A stretch of DNA of 46,376 bases from a virus (Duplodnaviria; Caudoviricetes), in the IMG/VR virus record IMGVR_UViG_3300032227_000651, positions 1-46,376 of that record. One strand, given 5' to 3'. Made by a program: the position numbers and the translations under genes. This document shows, one piece after another, positions 35,831 to 44,753 of the stretch; within the stretch, counting starts at the first letter, position 1; every line of letters begins with the position of its first letter. Under the pieces are notes generated by a model. It saw nothing but the letters and a program-made list of their open reading frames with translations, was not told where the DNA came from and did no database searches.

Positions 35831-38362
35831 ATGGCTACAAGTTCTATGGATAAGAGTCTCTACCAAGCCCCGATGGGGCTGGACGAAATGATGGGGGCTC
35901 CAGATGTGGAGATTGAAATTGAAGACCCCGAGTCAGTAAGCATCCACGCGGGAGACGTGGACATCGACCTGTTGCCCCACAAGGAGAACAGCGAGGACTT
36001 CGACATAAACCTTGCTGAAGAGATGGATGAGTCAGACTTGCAGTCCTTGGGCGAGGACTTGGTAGCTGATTTTGAAAAAGACTTGATGGATCGTAAGGAC
36101 TGGATAAAGACCTATGTGGACGGACTGAAACTGCTAGGACTGAATTACGAAGAGCGGACTGAGCCTTGGCAAGGGGCTTGTGGCGTGTTCCACCCGATGC
36201 TGACTGAGAGTGTGGTTAGGTTCCAAGCAGAAGGAATGATGGAGACTTTTCCCGCAGCAGGGCCGGTCAAGACCAAGATTCTTGGCAAAGAGACAAAGGA
36301 ACGGGAAGAGTCAGCTATCCGCGTCCAGAACGACATGAACTACCAGCTTACCGAGGTGATGACTGAGTATCGCCCGGAGCACGAGAAGCTGCTATGGTCA
36401 CTGCCTTTGGCAGGCTCCGCGTTCAAAAAGGTCTACTACGACCCTAGCCTTGGCCGTCAGGTAGCTATGTTTATTCCCGCTGAAGACATCGTCGTGCCGT
36501 ACGGGGCTCCCAGCTTGGAGCGTTCAGAGCGCGTGGCACACGTCATGCGTAAGACCGAGAACGAGATCATCAAGCTACAAGAAGCTGGGTTTTATCGCGA
36601 TGTGGACCTAGGTGAGCCGGGTTACGAGATAGATGACATCGAGAAACAGAAAGCCGAAGAAACCGGCATGTCTGCAACTCAGGATGACCGCTACCGAATT
36701 CTGGAGATGCACGTTGACCTTGACTTGAAGGGATACGAACACAAGAACAAGAAAAAGGAAGCCACAGGCATTGCGCTGCCGTATGTAGTCACTGTAGACA
36801 AATCCACATCCACCGTTCTAGCTATTCGGAGAAATTGGTATGAAGACGACGAATTGCACTCAAAACGACAGCACTTCGTCCACTACCAATACATCCCCGG
36901 TTTTGGCTTCTATGGCTACGGTCTTATCCACCTTATCGGCGGGTACGCAAAAAGCGCGACGATGCTCATCCGTCAACTCGTGGATGCGGGCACACTTTCG
37001 AACCTACCCGGGGGTCTCAAAGCTCGTGGTCTCCGCGTCAAGGGTGACGATACGCCTATCCAGCCCGGGGAGTTCCGGGACGTAGATGTGCCTAGCGGAA
37101 GCATCCGTGACAACATCCTACCACTTCCATACAAGGAGCCAAGTCAAGTTTTGTTTGCTTTGTTCCAAAACATCGTAGAAGAAGGCCGTGCTTTCGCTTC
37201 TAGTGGTGATATGAATGTGTCCGACATGTCGGCGCAGGCCCCAGTCGGTACGACGCTGGCGCTACTTGAGCGTACGCTCAAAGTGATGGGGGCCGTGCAG
37301 GCCCGCATCCACTACACCATGAAGCAGGAGTTCAAACTGCTGAAAGTCATCATCGCTGACTACACACCAGAAGAGTACAGCTACGCTCCTGAAGACGGTA
37401 CAGACAATGATTACGAAGATGACCGTCGGGCCAAAAAGTCTGACTACGACTCGATTGAAGTCATTCCGGTCAGCGACCCCAACGCAGCCACAATGGCACA
37501 GAAGATTGTGCAGTACCAAGCGGTGATGCAGTTGGCGCAGCAGGCTCCGCAGCTATATGACTTGTCGTTCTTGCATCGTCAGATGATTGAAGTGCTAGGG
37601 GTTAAGAATGCAGACAAGCTGGTCAAGATCGAAGATGATGCAGTGCCCACCGACCCAGTAACGGAGAACCAGAACGTGCTGATGGGTAAACCTGTTAAGG
37701 CGTTCATTGAGCAAAACCATCAGGCACATATTGCCGTACACATGGCTGCTATACAGAATCCGAAACTACAGCAGTTGATGCAGCAGAACCCGGCGGCACA
37801 AGCCCTGATGTCAGCAGCGATGGCCCACATCAACGAGCACGTTGCATTAGAGATGCGTAAGCAGATAGAGACGGCTATGGGCTTCTCTATTCCTAGTGAA
37901 GAGGCCAACAAGCGGATTACTCCAGAGCAGGCTGACCAGATTGCAGTCATGTCGGCGCAAGCAGCGCAGCAGATTTTGCAGCGCGACCAGCAGGAGGCCC
38001 AGCAGCAACAGGTTCAACAGCAGATGCAGGACCCGGTTATCCAAATGCAGATGCAAGAGCTTCAGCTACGTCAGCAGGACTTGCAGTTGAAAGCCCAGAA
38101 GCAAGCTGGCGAGATGGCAGCTAAAGCTGATCAGCTTCGGATCGAAGAGGCGCGGATTGCAGCCCAGAAGGAGATTGCAGCGATGCAGGTCGGCGCACAG
38201 GCAGCAACAGCAAAAGACAAGCTTGATAAACAGATGGAGCTAGAGGGTACTCGCATTGGCGCGGACATTGCCAAACATAAAGCCCAGATGGCTTCTCAAC
38301 AAGTTACGGCCCGACAGAACCAATTTAACCAGCAGAGAACCAAACCTGTTAAGAAGGATTGA
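35831..38362 (+). CDS. Portal protein (P22-like, long C-terminal coiled-coil barrel)
   Basis: 843 aa directly after terL, with GSAFKKVYYD, GFYGYGLIHL and a Gln-rich C-terminal coiled coil. Confidence 0.88.
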   Translation: MATSSMDKSLYQAPMGLDEMMGAPDVEIEIEDPESVSIHAGDVDIDLLPHKENSEDFDINLAEEMDESDLQSLGEDLVADFEKDLMDRKDWIKTYVDGLKLLGLNYEERTEPWQGACGVFHPMLTESVVRFQAEGMMETFPAAGPVKTKILGKETKEREESAIRVQNDMNYQLTEVMTEYRPEHEKLLWSLPLAGSAFKKVYYDPSLGRQVAMFIPAEDIVVPYGAPSLERSERVAHVMRKTENEIIKLQEAGFYRDVDLGEPGYEIDDIEKQKAEETGMSATQDDRYRILEMHVDLDLKGYEHKNKKKEATGIALPYVVTVDKSTSTVLAIRRNWYEDDELHSKRQHFVHYQYIPGFGFYGYGLIHLIGGYAKSATMLIRQLVDAGTLSNLPGGLKARGLRVKGDDTPIQPGEFRDVDVPSGSIRDNILPLPYKEPSQVLFALFQNIVEEGRAFASSGDMNVSDMSAQAPVGTTLALLERTLKVMGAVQARIHYTMKQEFKLLKVIIADYTPEEYSYAPEDGTDNDYEDDRRAKKSDYDSIEVIPVSDPNAATMAQKIVQYQAVMQLAQQAPQLYDLSFLHRQMIEVLGVKNADKLVKIEDDAVPTDPVTENQNVLMGKPVKAFIEQNHQAHIAVHMAAIQNPKLQQLMQQNPAAQALMSAAMAHINEHVALEMRKQIETAMGFSIPSEEANKRITPEQADQIAVMSAQAAQQILQRDQQEAQQQQVQQQMQDPVIQMQMQELQLRQQDLQLKAQKQAGEMAAKADQLRIEEARIAAQKEIAAMQVGAQAATAKDKLDKQMELEGTRIGADIAKHKAQMASQQVTARQNQFNQQRTKPVKKD

Positions 38363-38562
38363 ATATGGAAACGCGTCAAATTTTCAAGTACGTACTAAAC
38401 GAAATTAACACTATTCGCTCTGAGCAAGCCATCTTTTTGGCTTCTGGAAGAGCAACTAGTCATGACGAGTACCGTCATGTCTGCGGGGTAATCCGGGGTC
38501 TAAACCACGCAGAAAACATCGTTAATGACCTCGTGCAAAAAATGGAGAAATCTAATGAGTGA
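38359..38562 (+). CDS. Small conserved head-module protein
   Basis: 67 aa with EYRHVCGVIRGL, between the portal and GroES-like genes. Confidence 0.7.
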   Translation: MNMETRQIFKYVLNEINTIRSEQAIFLASGRATSHDEYRHVCGVIRGLNHAENIVNDLVQKMEKSNE

Positions 38563-38965
38563 ATTTAATGTCGCTGCGGTTGACTTGTCTAGCATTCTAA
38601 ATAAGGATGCTGAGGAGAAAGCCAAACAGCTGCCGGACCCTAAAACTTTTCGTCTTCTGTGCGTTGTACCTGAAGCAATGGAGGAATACGCGGAAAGCGA
38701 ATTGGGAATCCTTAAGTCTGCCCAAGCAATGCACTATGAAGAAGTACTGACCCCAGTCCTATTCGTGATAAAGATGGGCCCCGATGCATACAAAGACGAG
38801 GCTAGGTTCCCCAACGGGCCGTCTTGCAAAGTAGGTGACTTCGTTATTTGCCGACCCAATTCAGGCACCCGCTTGAAAATCCACGGTCGTGAATTCCGCA
38901 TCATCAATGATGATTCGGTAGAGGCTGTTGTGGAAGACCCGCGCGGTATCCAACGCGCTGCTTAA
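38555..38965 (+). CDS. groES: Co-chaperonin GroES-like protein
   Basis: 136 aa from ATG 38555. LPDP..FRLL, GIL, VIKMGPDAY, CKVGDFV and FRIINDDSVEAVV match the GroES fold pattern. Confidence 0.8.
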   Translation: MSEFNVAAVDLSSILNKDAEEKAKQLPDPKTFRLLCVVPEAMEEYAESELGILKSAQAMHYEEVLTPVLFVIKMGPDAYKDEARFPNGPSCKVGDFVICRPNSGTRLKIHGREFRIINDDSVEAVVEDPRGIQRAA

Positions 38966-38974
38966 GGAGTAATC

Positions 38975-39964
38975 ATGGCTACTGCTAAATTTGACGACGA
39001 GGAATTTACATTTCCTGACGAGGCGGACGCAAAGAAGTCCACCGAAGAGAAAATTGACATCGAAATAGAAGACGACACCCCGTCGCAGGACCGTGGGCGC
39101 AAACCCATGAAAGAGCCTGTGGACGAGGTCACCGATGAAGAATTGGCGTCCTACGACGAGAAAGTCCAGAAGCGGATAAAGAAATTTACCCGTGGGTTCC
39201 ATGACGAACGTCGTGCCAAGGAAGAAGCCTTACGCGAACGTGAAGCTGCTGTGGATTTTGCAAAACAGGTCTACGAAGAGAACAAGCGGCTACAACAACG
39301 CCTTTCTACTGGCAGCGAGGCATATATCGCTCAAACCAAGAGCGCAGCCCAAGTAGAGTTGGAATCTGCAAAGGAAAAGCTGAAAAAAGCCCATGATTCT
39401 GCGGACACCGACGGTATCGTAGCTGCTCAGGAAGCCATTACCAAGGCGACTATCAAGGCTGAACAAGCCCAAAATATGCGCCCGGTACGGGTAGAAGAGA
39501 AGCAATTCAAACCTCCCGTGCAGGAAAAGCCCCAAGATAATATGACTCCACGGGCCAGAAAATGGGTGGAGTCAAACGACGACTGGTGGGGTAAAGATGA
39601 AGAAATGACAATGGCTGCTATGGGCATTGACAAGAAGCTTCAAAGAGAGTATGGTGCCGATTATGTGGGTACTGAAGAGTATTTCCGCACCATCGATAAA
39701 ACGATGCGCAAACGATTCCCTGAGCATTTTGAAGATGCCCAGAGCGACGAGGAAGATGAACCGCCTCCAAGAAAAAGGACATCAGAACCGGACGAGGACG
39801 AAACTCCCCGCCGTGCAAGATCAGCTACTGTTGTGGCTCCAGCCGCACGTAGTACCCCACCGGGGCGTATCAAGTTGAAGGCTTCTCAAGTTAGCGTTGC
39901 TAAAAAGCTTGGGGTAACCTTGGAACAATACGCTAAACAGGTTGCTTTACTTAATAGAGGTTAA
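38975..39964 (+). CDS. Capsid scaffolding protein
   Basis: 329 aa, acidic N-terminus, coiled coil, C-terminal AKKLGVTLEQYAKQ. Lies upstream of the capsid genes. Confidence 0.75.
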   Translation: MATAKFDDEEFTFPDEADAKKSTEEKIDIEIEDDTPSQDRGRKPMKEPVDEVTDEELASYDEKVQKRIKKFTRGFHDERRAKEEALREREAAVDFAKQVYEENKRLQQRLSTGSEAYIAQTKSAAQVELESAKEKLKKAHDSADTDGIVAAQEAITKATIKAEQAQNMRPVRVEEKQFKPPVQEKPQDNMTPRARKWVESNDDWWGKDEEMTMAAMGIDKKLQREYGADYVGTEEYFRTIDKTMRKRFPEHFEDAQSDEEDEPPPRKRTSEPDEDETPRRARSATVVAPAARSTPPGRIKLKASQVSVAKKLGVTLEQYAKQVALLNRG

Positions 39965-39966
39965 AA

Positions 39967-40422
39967 ATGGCAGAAGTTCAGAATCGGCTAAATCGCGAAA
40001 TGGAAACTCGGGCAAAGTACGCTAGGCCAACAGCTTGGCAGGAACCCTCGGTGTATCCTGAACCGGACCCTCGTCCGGGTTGGGCCCATCGTTACATTCG
40101 CATCAGCTTATTGGGATCATCCGACCCGTCTAACATCTCTCTTAAGTTGCGCGAAGGATATGAACCCTGCAAAGCAGAGGACTATCCCGAGCTAATGGTA
40201 CACGCCGCTGTTGATGGACGCTTCAAAGGCAATATCGAAGTTGGTGGCTTGTTGTTATGCCGGATTCCAGAAGAGTTTATGGTTCAACGCGAATCACATT
40301 TCGCCAAGAAGAGTAAACAGCAGATGGAGTCAGTAGACAACACATTCTTACGTCAGAGTGACCCGAAAATGCCTCTGTTCGCAGAGCGTAAGTCGCAAGT
40401 CACTTTTGGTTCTGGTTCTTAA
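39967..40422 (+). CDS. Conserved head-module protein
   Basis: 151 aa with GWAHRYIR, LREGYEP and GGLLLCRIP. Confidence 0.7.
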   Translation: MAEVQNRLNREMETRAKYARPTAWQEPSVYPEPDPRPGWAHRYIRISLLGSSDPSNISLKLREGYEPCKAEDYPELMVHAAVDGRFKGNIEVGGLLLCRIPEEFMVQRESHFAKKSKQQMESVDNTFLRQSDPKMPLFAERKSQVTFGSGS

Positions 40423-40442
40423 TTTTTTATATTGGAGTTTTT

Positions 40443-41276
40443 ATGGCATATCCTGTCGTATCAGCGCCGTACGGTTTGTTGCCGCAGAACCTTATTGGAG
40501 GTCAAGTATTTGCTGGTTCTACCCGCATGTACAACATCCAGTACGGCTACGCGACTGACATCTTCTACGGTGATTTCGTTGTTCTATCCCGTGGCTTTGC
40601 CACACGCGCCTCAGTTTCTACTGGCTCTAGTCTGAATCAGACCGTCGGTATTTTCTTGGGTTGCACCTACACCAACCCCACGACTAAGCAAAAGTTGTTC
40701 TCCCAATATTGGCCCGCAAGCACCGCTGCCGGTGACTGCCAAGCCTATGTTTTGGATGACCCCGATGCCGTGTTCAAGGCGGTTGTGTGCAGTTCCGGTA
40801 CTACCGTTGCTTCTGGCGCTATGGCGATGATTGGCACTAACGTGTCCGCCATCAACAACACCGGCAACCTGAATACTGGTAACTCGGCTAACGCAGTTCT
40901 GGCTCCTTCGGATACCCCTGTTACCACCACTCTGCCTCTGCGCGTGATTGGTCTGGTTACGGATACCGCAGTTTCCTTGGGTACTGCTACTTACAGCACG
41001 GGTACTACTACCCTGACCGTGAGTGCTCTGCCTTTCGCACTGCCCGTTGGTACGGACGTTTCTGTGTTGACCACCAGTGGTCAGCTTGCACAGACGGGTT
41101 CCTTTGTTGACACCGCAGCCGCCGCTGGCGCAACCTCGGTTGTGTTGAACCAAGCTGCTACGTTCACATTGAACTCGGGTGTTTACACCTCGACCGTTGT
41201 GTTCACCCAGTATCCCGAAGTCTTGGTTAAGATGAACCAAGGTCTGCACGGCTACTACTCTGCCACTGGCGCATAA
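40443..41276 (+). CDS. Putative capsid cement/decoration protein
   Basis: 277 aa, Thr/Ala/Val-rich and beta-like, directly upstream of the MCP, with a GGAG RBS. Confidence 0.6.
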   Translation: MAYPVVSAPYGLLPQNLIGGQVFAGSTRMYNIQYGYATDIFYGDFVVLSRGFATRASVSTGSSLNQTVGIFLGCTYTNPTTKQKLFSQYWPASTAAGDCQAYVLDDPDAVFKAVVCSSGTTVASGAMAMIGTNVSAINNTGNLNTGNSANAVLAPSDTPVTTTLPLRVIGLVTDTAVSLGTATYSTGTTTLTVSALPFALPVGTDVSVLTTSGQLAQTGSFVDTAAAAGATSVVLNQAATFTLNSGVYTSTVVFTQYPEVLVKMNQGLHGYYSATGA

Positions 41277-41287
41277 GGAGTTAAATC

Positions 41288-42199
41288 ATGGCTATTTCAC
41301 GCGCACAACTATTGAAGGAACTCCTTCCCGGACTTAACGCTCTGTTTGGTCTGGAATACGCCCGTTACGGCGAAGAGCACAAGGAAATCTACGAGACTGA
41401 GACTTCCGAGCGTTCTTTTGAAGAGGAAACCAAGCTGTCTGGCTTCTCCGCCGCTCCGGTGAAGAACGAGGGCTCTGCAATTGCTTATGACAATGCGCAG
41501 GAAGCTTGGACCACCCGCTATAACCACGAAACCATCGCTTTGGGCTTCTCCATCACTGAAGAAGCAGTGGAAGACAATCTGTACGACAGTCTGTCTGCCC
41601 GCTACACCAAGGCTCTGGCTCGCGCTATGGCATACACCAAGCAGGTTAAAGCTGCTGCTGTTATCAACAACGGTTTCTCCGCAGCTTATGCTGGTGGCGA
41701 CGGCGTTGCTCTGTTCAGCACTGCTCACCCGCTGGTCAATGGTGGCACCAACAGCAATCGCCCAACTACCGCTGCCGACTTGAACGAGACTTCCTTGGAA
41801 GCCGCCGTTATTCAGATCGCTGCTTGGACTGATGAGCGTGGCCTGTTGATCGCAGCCAAGCCTAAGAAGCTGATTGTTCCCCCTGCTCTGATGTTCGTTG
41901 CTACCCGTCTGTTGGAAACCAGCCTCCGTGTTGGCACTACCGACAACGATATCAACGCGCTGAAGAACAACGGTTCGATCCCTGAAGGCTACACTGTCAA
42001 CCACTTCTTGACAGACACCAACGGCTGGTATCTGACCACTGACGTTCCTAACGGTCTGAAGCATTTCGTGCGTTCGCCTCTGGCTAACAGCATGGACGGT
42101 GACTTCGATACCGGTAACGTGCGTTACAAGGCTCGCGAGCGTTATTCGTTCGGCTGGTCTGACCCACTGGGAATGTTTGGTTCGCCCGGTTCGTCTTAA
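41288..42199 (+). CDS. Major capsid protein (HK97 fold, Mu gpT-like family)
   Basis: 303 aa starting MAISRAQLLKELLPGLNALFGLEY, with KNEG, DGVALFSTAHP, PKKLIVPPAL and YKARERYSFGWSDP. Strong RBS and a downstream terminator. Confidence 0.9.
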   Translation: MAISRAQLLKELLPGLNALFGLEYARYGEEHKEIYETETSERSFEEETKLSGFSAAPVKNEGSAIAYDNAQEAWTTRYNHETIALGFSITEEAVEDNLYDSLSARYTKALARAMAYTKQVKAAAVINNGFSAAYAGGDGVALFSTAHPLVNGGTNSNRPTTAADLNETSLEAAVIQIAAWTDERGLLIAAKPKKLIVPPALMFVATRLLETSLRVGTTDNDINALKNNGSIPEGYTVNHFLTDTNGWYLTTDVPNGLKHFVRSPLANSMDGDFDTGNVRYKARERYSFGWSDPLGMFGSPGSS

Positions 42200-42225
42200 A
42201 AATAGGGGCTTGCCCCCTTATTTGG

Positions 42226-42249
42226 AGCCCCCCACGAGGGGGCTTTTTT
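42226..42249 (+). terminator. Intrinsic terminator after the MCP
   Basis: AGCCCCC-CACGA-GGGGGCT then a T-run. A second hairpin precedes it at about 42204-42217. Confidence 0.85.
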
Positions 42250-42284
42250 ACGTCTAAAAACTGTCACAGACGGCATGGTAGGAT
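42250..42284 (+). promoter_or_regulatory. Pho-box-like element plus extended -10 (TG-G-TAGGAT)
   Basis: ACGTCTA-AAAA-CTGTCAC ends 11 bp upstream of TAGGAT. One good and one degenerate half-site. Confidence 0.4.
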
Positions 42285-42326
42285 GACTTGCAGCGCGGTG
42301 CTGCAACTATTTTTTGGAGTTTTAAT

Positions 42327-42638
42327 ATGATGTTTACCCTGTCTCTTGACCTAGCCGATGGCGGTTATTTTGAATTCTCTACCGAGTCCATTTTGAAGTT
42401 TTTGCAAACCGCTCAGATGTTGGGTAACGCCGACATTGAAGAAGTGGACGACGAAGACGGCGAGTTTGAGGCGTTTGCTGACTGCTTCGCTGAAGGCGAA
42501 GAGTATGAATACGATCACGATGCCGGGTGCTATTGCTGGTACGACGAAGAGTACGATGTTTGGTACTGGTTGGATGAGGCCACCAATGAGTGGCTCTTGG
42601 TTGAAGACGAAGCTGAAGACGAAGCTGAAGAGGCTTAA
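42327..42638 (+). CDS. Highly acidic, aromatic-rich small protein (moron)
   Basis: 103 aa from ATG 42327 with a GGAG RBS. One Lys, no Arg, many Asp/Glu/Tyr/Trp. Has its own promoter and terminator. Confidence 0.75.
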   Translation: MMFTLSLDLADGGYFEFSTESILKFLQTAQMLGNADIEEVDDEDGEFEAFADCFAEGEEYEYDHDAGCYCWYDEEYDVWYWLDEATNEWLLVEDEAEDEAEEA

Positions 42639-43012
42639 TCTGTGTTGGGTTCTAAAGGGGGCTTCGGCCCCCTTTTTCGTTCGTGTTCGTCGTAGTGGTG
42701 TATGCGGTGGCAGTTGGCGCACAGTGCTACACACTGCTTTATTTCTTCGTAGGCCGTCTTAAACCTGCCGTTACCTATAAGTTCGTTGACGCTGTATTTC
42801 TTAGGCCCGACGTGGTGAAAGTCAATCACCGCAGGGTGGGAGAACCCGCATTTGGTACAGGACAACCCCCGTTTGAACTCTAACCATTCTTGTTTTTTCT
42901 GCTTTCGGGTTTTTCTTGACCTGACCTTCACCTCGTCTTTGTTTTTTTGGTAATGTTTGGCCGACCACTCCTTATGCTTGGCTTTACTGACTTTTGGGTC
43001 TTTGTAAGGCAT
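42635..43012 (-). CDS. HNH endonuclease
   Basis: CTKCG...IDFHH...CVALCANCHRIHH with a basic N-terminus. Inserted antisense within the late region. Confidence 0.85.
   Translation of the reverse strand: MPYKDPKVSKAKHKEWSAKHYQKNKDEVKVRSRKTRKQKKQEWLEFKRGLSCTKCGFSHPAVIDFHHVGPKKYSVNELIGNGRFKTAYEEIKQCVALCANCHRIHHYDEHERKRGPKPPLEPNTD
42654..42677 (+). terminator. Intrinsic terminator with UUCG loop, overlapping the HNH 3' end
   Basis: AAAGGGGGC-TTCG-GCCCCCTTTTT. Confidence 0.8.
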
Positions 43013-43016
43013 GGTC

Positions 43017-43044
43017 TTGACGCATCACAAAAATGGTGTATATT
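43017..43044 (+). promoter_or_regulatory. Sigma70-like promoter TTGACG-N16-TATATT
   Basis: The predicted start at about 43051 coincides with the start of the structured RNA. Confidence 0.6.
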
Positions 43045-43050
43045 GCAGCT

Positions 43051-43125
43051 ATCCGGGCTTTCCGGTGCACTGAACTGTCCCGGCAGACGACATACCGATC
43101 AGTGTACCTAACTTGTATGTAAGGA
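43051..43125 (+). ncRNA. Doubly pseudoknotted structured RNA, candidate Mu-gpT-DE-like motif
   Basis: Three interleaved stems: 43053-57/43079-83, 43064-73/43099-108 and 43090-95/43115-120. Lies downstream of a gpT-like MCP and abuts the AAGGA RBS. Confidence 0.65.
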
Positions 43126-43131
43126 CTTATC

Positions 43132-43665
43132 ATGGGATTCGCTACTCACCTCGGCCCTTGGCTGCTTGGCACTGTCAAAAACACCACCGGCACCACTGCT
43201 GGCACTATTGAAAACCTCGGTGCAACCGTTGTTTCTCAGACCTTCAAGAAGAACTACACAGGCTCTGCGTTTGACGTAGCTGCTACGGACACTATTTGCG
43301 TACTGCCTGCTGGTGCTCAGATTGTCAACATCTTCATTGACACCTTGACGGCTTTTACGGGTTCTACCGCAGCCAACGTGGTAATCGGCACTTCGGCTAC
43401 AACCAACCTGTTCTGGGCTTCTTCGGACATCACCACCCAAGGCCGTTTGGCTAACACCAACGCTGCTTCTAAGCTGGCTAACTGGGCAGGCGCAACAAGC
43501 ACCGCAGCCCCTAACGGTATTGGTGTTGGCCCTACGGACGTAATTGTTCAAGCGGTGTTGACCCCCACCGTTGCCAACGTAACCGCTGGTACTGTGCAGT
43601 ACACCATCATGTACGTGGTTGCTAACTCCAACGGCGCTCAGTTCCCATCTAACACCGAGCAGTAA
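43132..43665 (+). CDS. Putative virion structural (head decoration/minor capsid) protein
   Basis: 177 aa, Thr/Ala-rich, with LPAGAQIVNI. Followed by a terminator. Confidence 0.65.
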   Translation: MGFATHLGPWLLGTVKNTTGTTAGTIENLGATVVSQTFKKNYTGSAFDVAATDTICVLPAGAQIVNIFIDTLTAFTGSTAANVVIGTSATTNLFWASSDITTQGRLANTNAASKLANWAGATSTAAPNGIGVGPTDVIVQAVLTPTVANVTAGTVQYTIMYVVANSNGAQFPSNTEQ

Positions 43666-43672
43666 TTAGTCT

Positions 43673-43694
43673 CGGGGGCTTCGGCCCCCGTTTT
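43673..43694 (+). terminator. Intrinsic terminator
   Basis: CGGGGGC-TTCG-GCCCCCG-TTTT. Confidence 0.8.
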
Positions 43695-43708
43695 ACAGGA
43701 GATTGAGC

Positions 43709-44497
43709 ATGGCTGATATTGGTAAGTGGCGGTCTATTACCCAAGTGGGTACGTATGAGCCATTTGAGCTACAAGTGTCGCGTGGGCAAATTCAGGGCCA
43801 CTCTGTAGTCACTATTGCTGGTTACAACTCTGATGTTGATACCGCATGGGAAATGATTACCCCAATTGGTGACTTGGCTTATGCCGCCGCCGCTTTGCAG
43901 ATGACGGTGAGTTCTTCCAGCGCAAACGATACTTCGGCTGGCACTGGCGCAAGAACTGTGTTGATTGCAGGCTTAGATGCCAACTATGCAGCCATCACTG
44001 AAACGGTGACCCTTAACGGTCAGACTGCTGTAACCACAACAAATTCATTCTTGCGTATCAACTCCATGTTGGTGACAACCGCAGGAACAGGTTTGGCAAA
44101 CGCAGGCACTATTTACATTGGTTCAGGTACTGTGACCTCTGGCGTGCCAGCAACTATCTACAACGTGATTGCGGCTGGTTTCAACAACGCAACCTCAAGT
44201 CAATACACAGTTCCTGCTGGCTACACAGGCTATTTGGCTGTGGCTCGCATTGGTTTGGCACAAGACGCTGGAACCACACTGATTACTGCGCGAACACGTT
44301 TTGTTGGCACAAACGGAATTCCATTGACTGGCCCAGTCATCGTAACCAACAACGGCATTTCTACCATTGACTTTCCGTATCCTATTGCGATTGCTGAGAA
44401 GACTCGCATTCAAGGCGAAGCAATTGGTGGCGCTGTTGACAATGAAGCGGCTGGTTTCTTTGAGTTGGTACTTGTTCAAAACTTTATTCAGAGTTGA
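43709..44497 (+). CDS. Putative beta-rich virion structural protein
   Basis: 262 aa from ATG 43709 with an AGGAG RBS, containing GTGARTVLIAGLD, FLRIN and YTVPAGYT. Confidence 0.65.
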   Translation: MADIGKWRSITQVGTYEPFELQVSRGQIQGHSVVTIAGYNSDVDTAWEMITPIGDLAYAAAALQMTVSSSSANDTSAGTGARTVLIAGLDANYAAITETVTLNGQTAVTTTNSFLRINSMLVTTAGTGLANAGTIYIGSGTVTSGVPATIYNVIAAGFNNATSSQYTVPAGYTGYLAVARIGLAQDAGTTLITARTRFVGTNGIPLTGPVIVTNNGISTIDFPYPIAIAEKTRIQGEAIGGAVDNEAAGFFELVLVQNFIQS

Positions 44498-44498
44498 A

Positions 44499-44753
44499 AT
44501 GGCTAAGAAAAACCCCTCCCTTGCAGTTGGTCGTGGCGAGAAGCTACCCGTCTCCAAGGGGGCGGGCTTGACTGCCAAAGGCCGTGCCAAATACAACGCT
44601 GCAACCGGCAGCAACCTCAAGGCTCCACAGCCCCAAGGTGGCCCGCGCAAGAAGTCATTCTGCGCCCGTATGAGTGGCATGCCCGGCCCAATGAAAGACG
44701 AAAAAGGCAAGCCCACCCGCAAGGCGGCTTCCTTAGCAAGATGGAAGTGTTAA
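44499..44753 (+). CDS. Small basic conserved protein (RKKSFCARM type, DUF6321-like)
   Basis: 84 aa from ATG 44499, with GLTAKGRAKYN..TGSNLKAP, RKKSFCARMSGM and a C-terminal WKC. Confidence 0.7.
   Translation: MAKKNPSLAVGRGEKLPVSKGAGLTAKGRAKYNAATGSNLKAPQPQGGPRKKSFCARMSGMPGPMKDEKGKPTRKAASLARWKC

Noticed and set aside
40611-42064. Long antisense ORFs opposite the head genes (212 and 251 aa)
   Set aside because: Expected by-product of strong codon bias in highly expressed structural genes.
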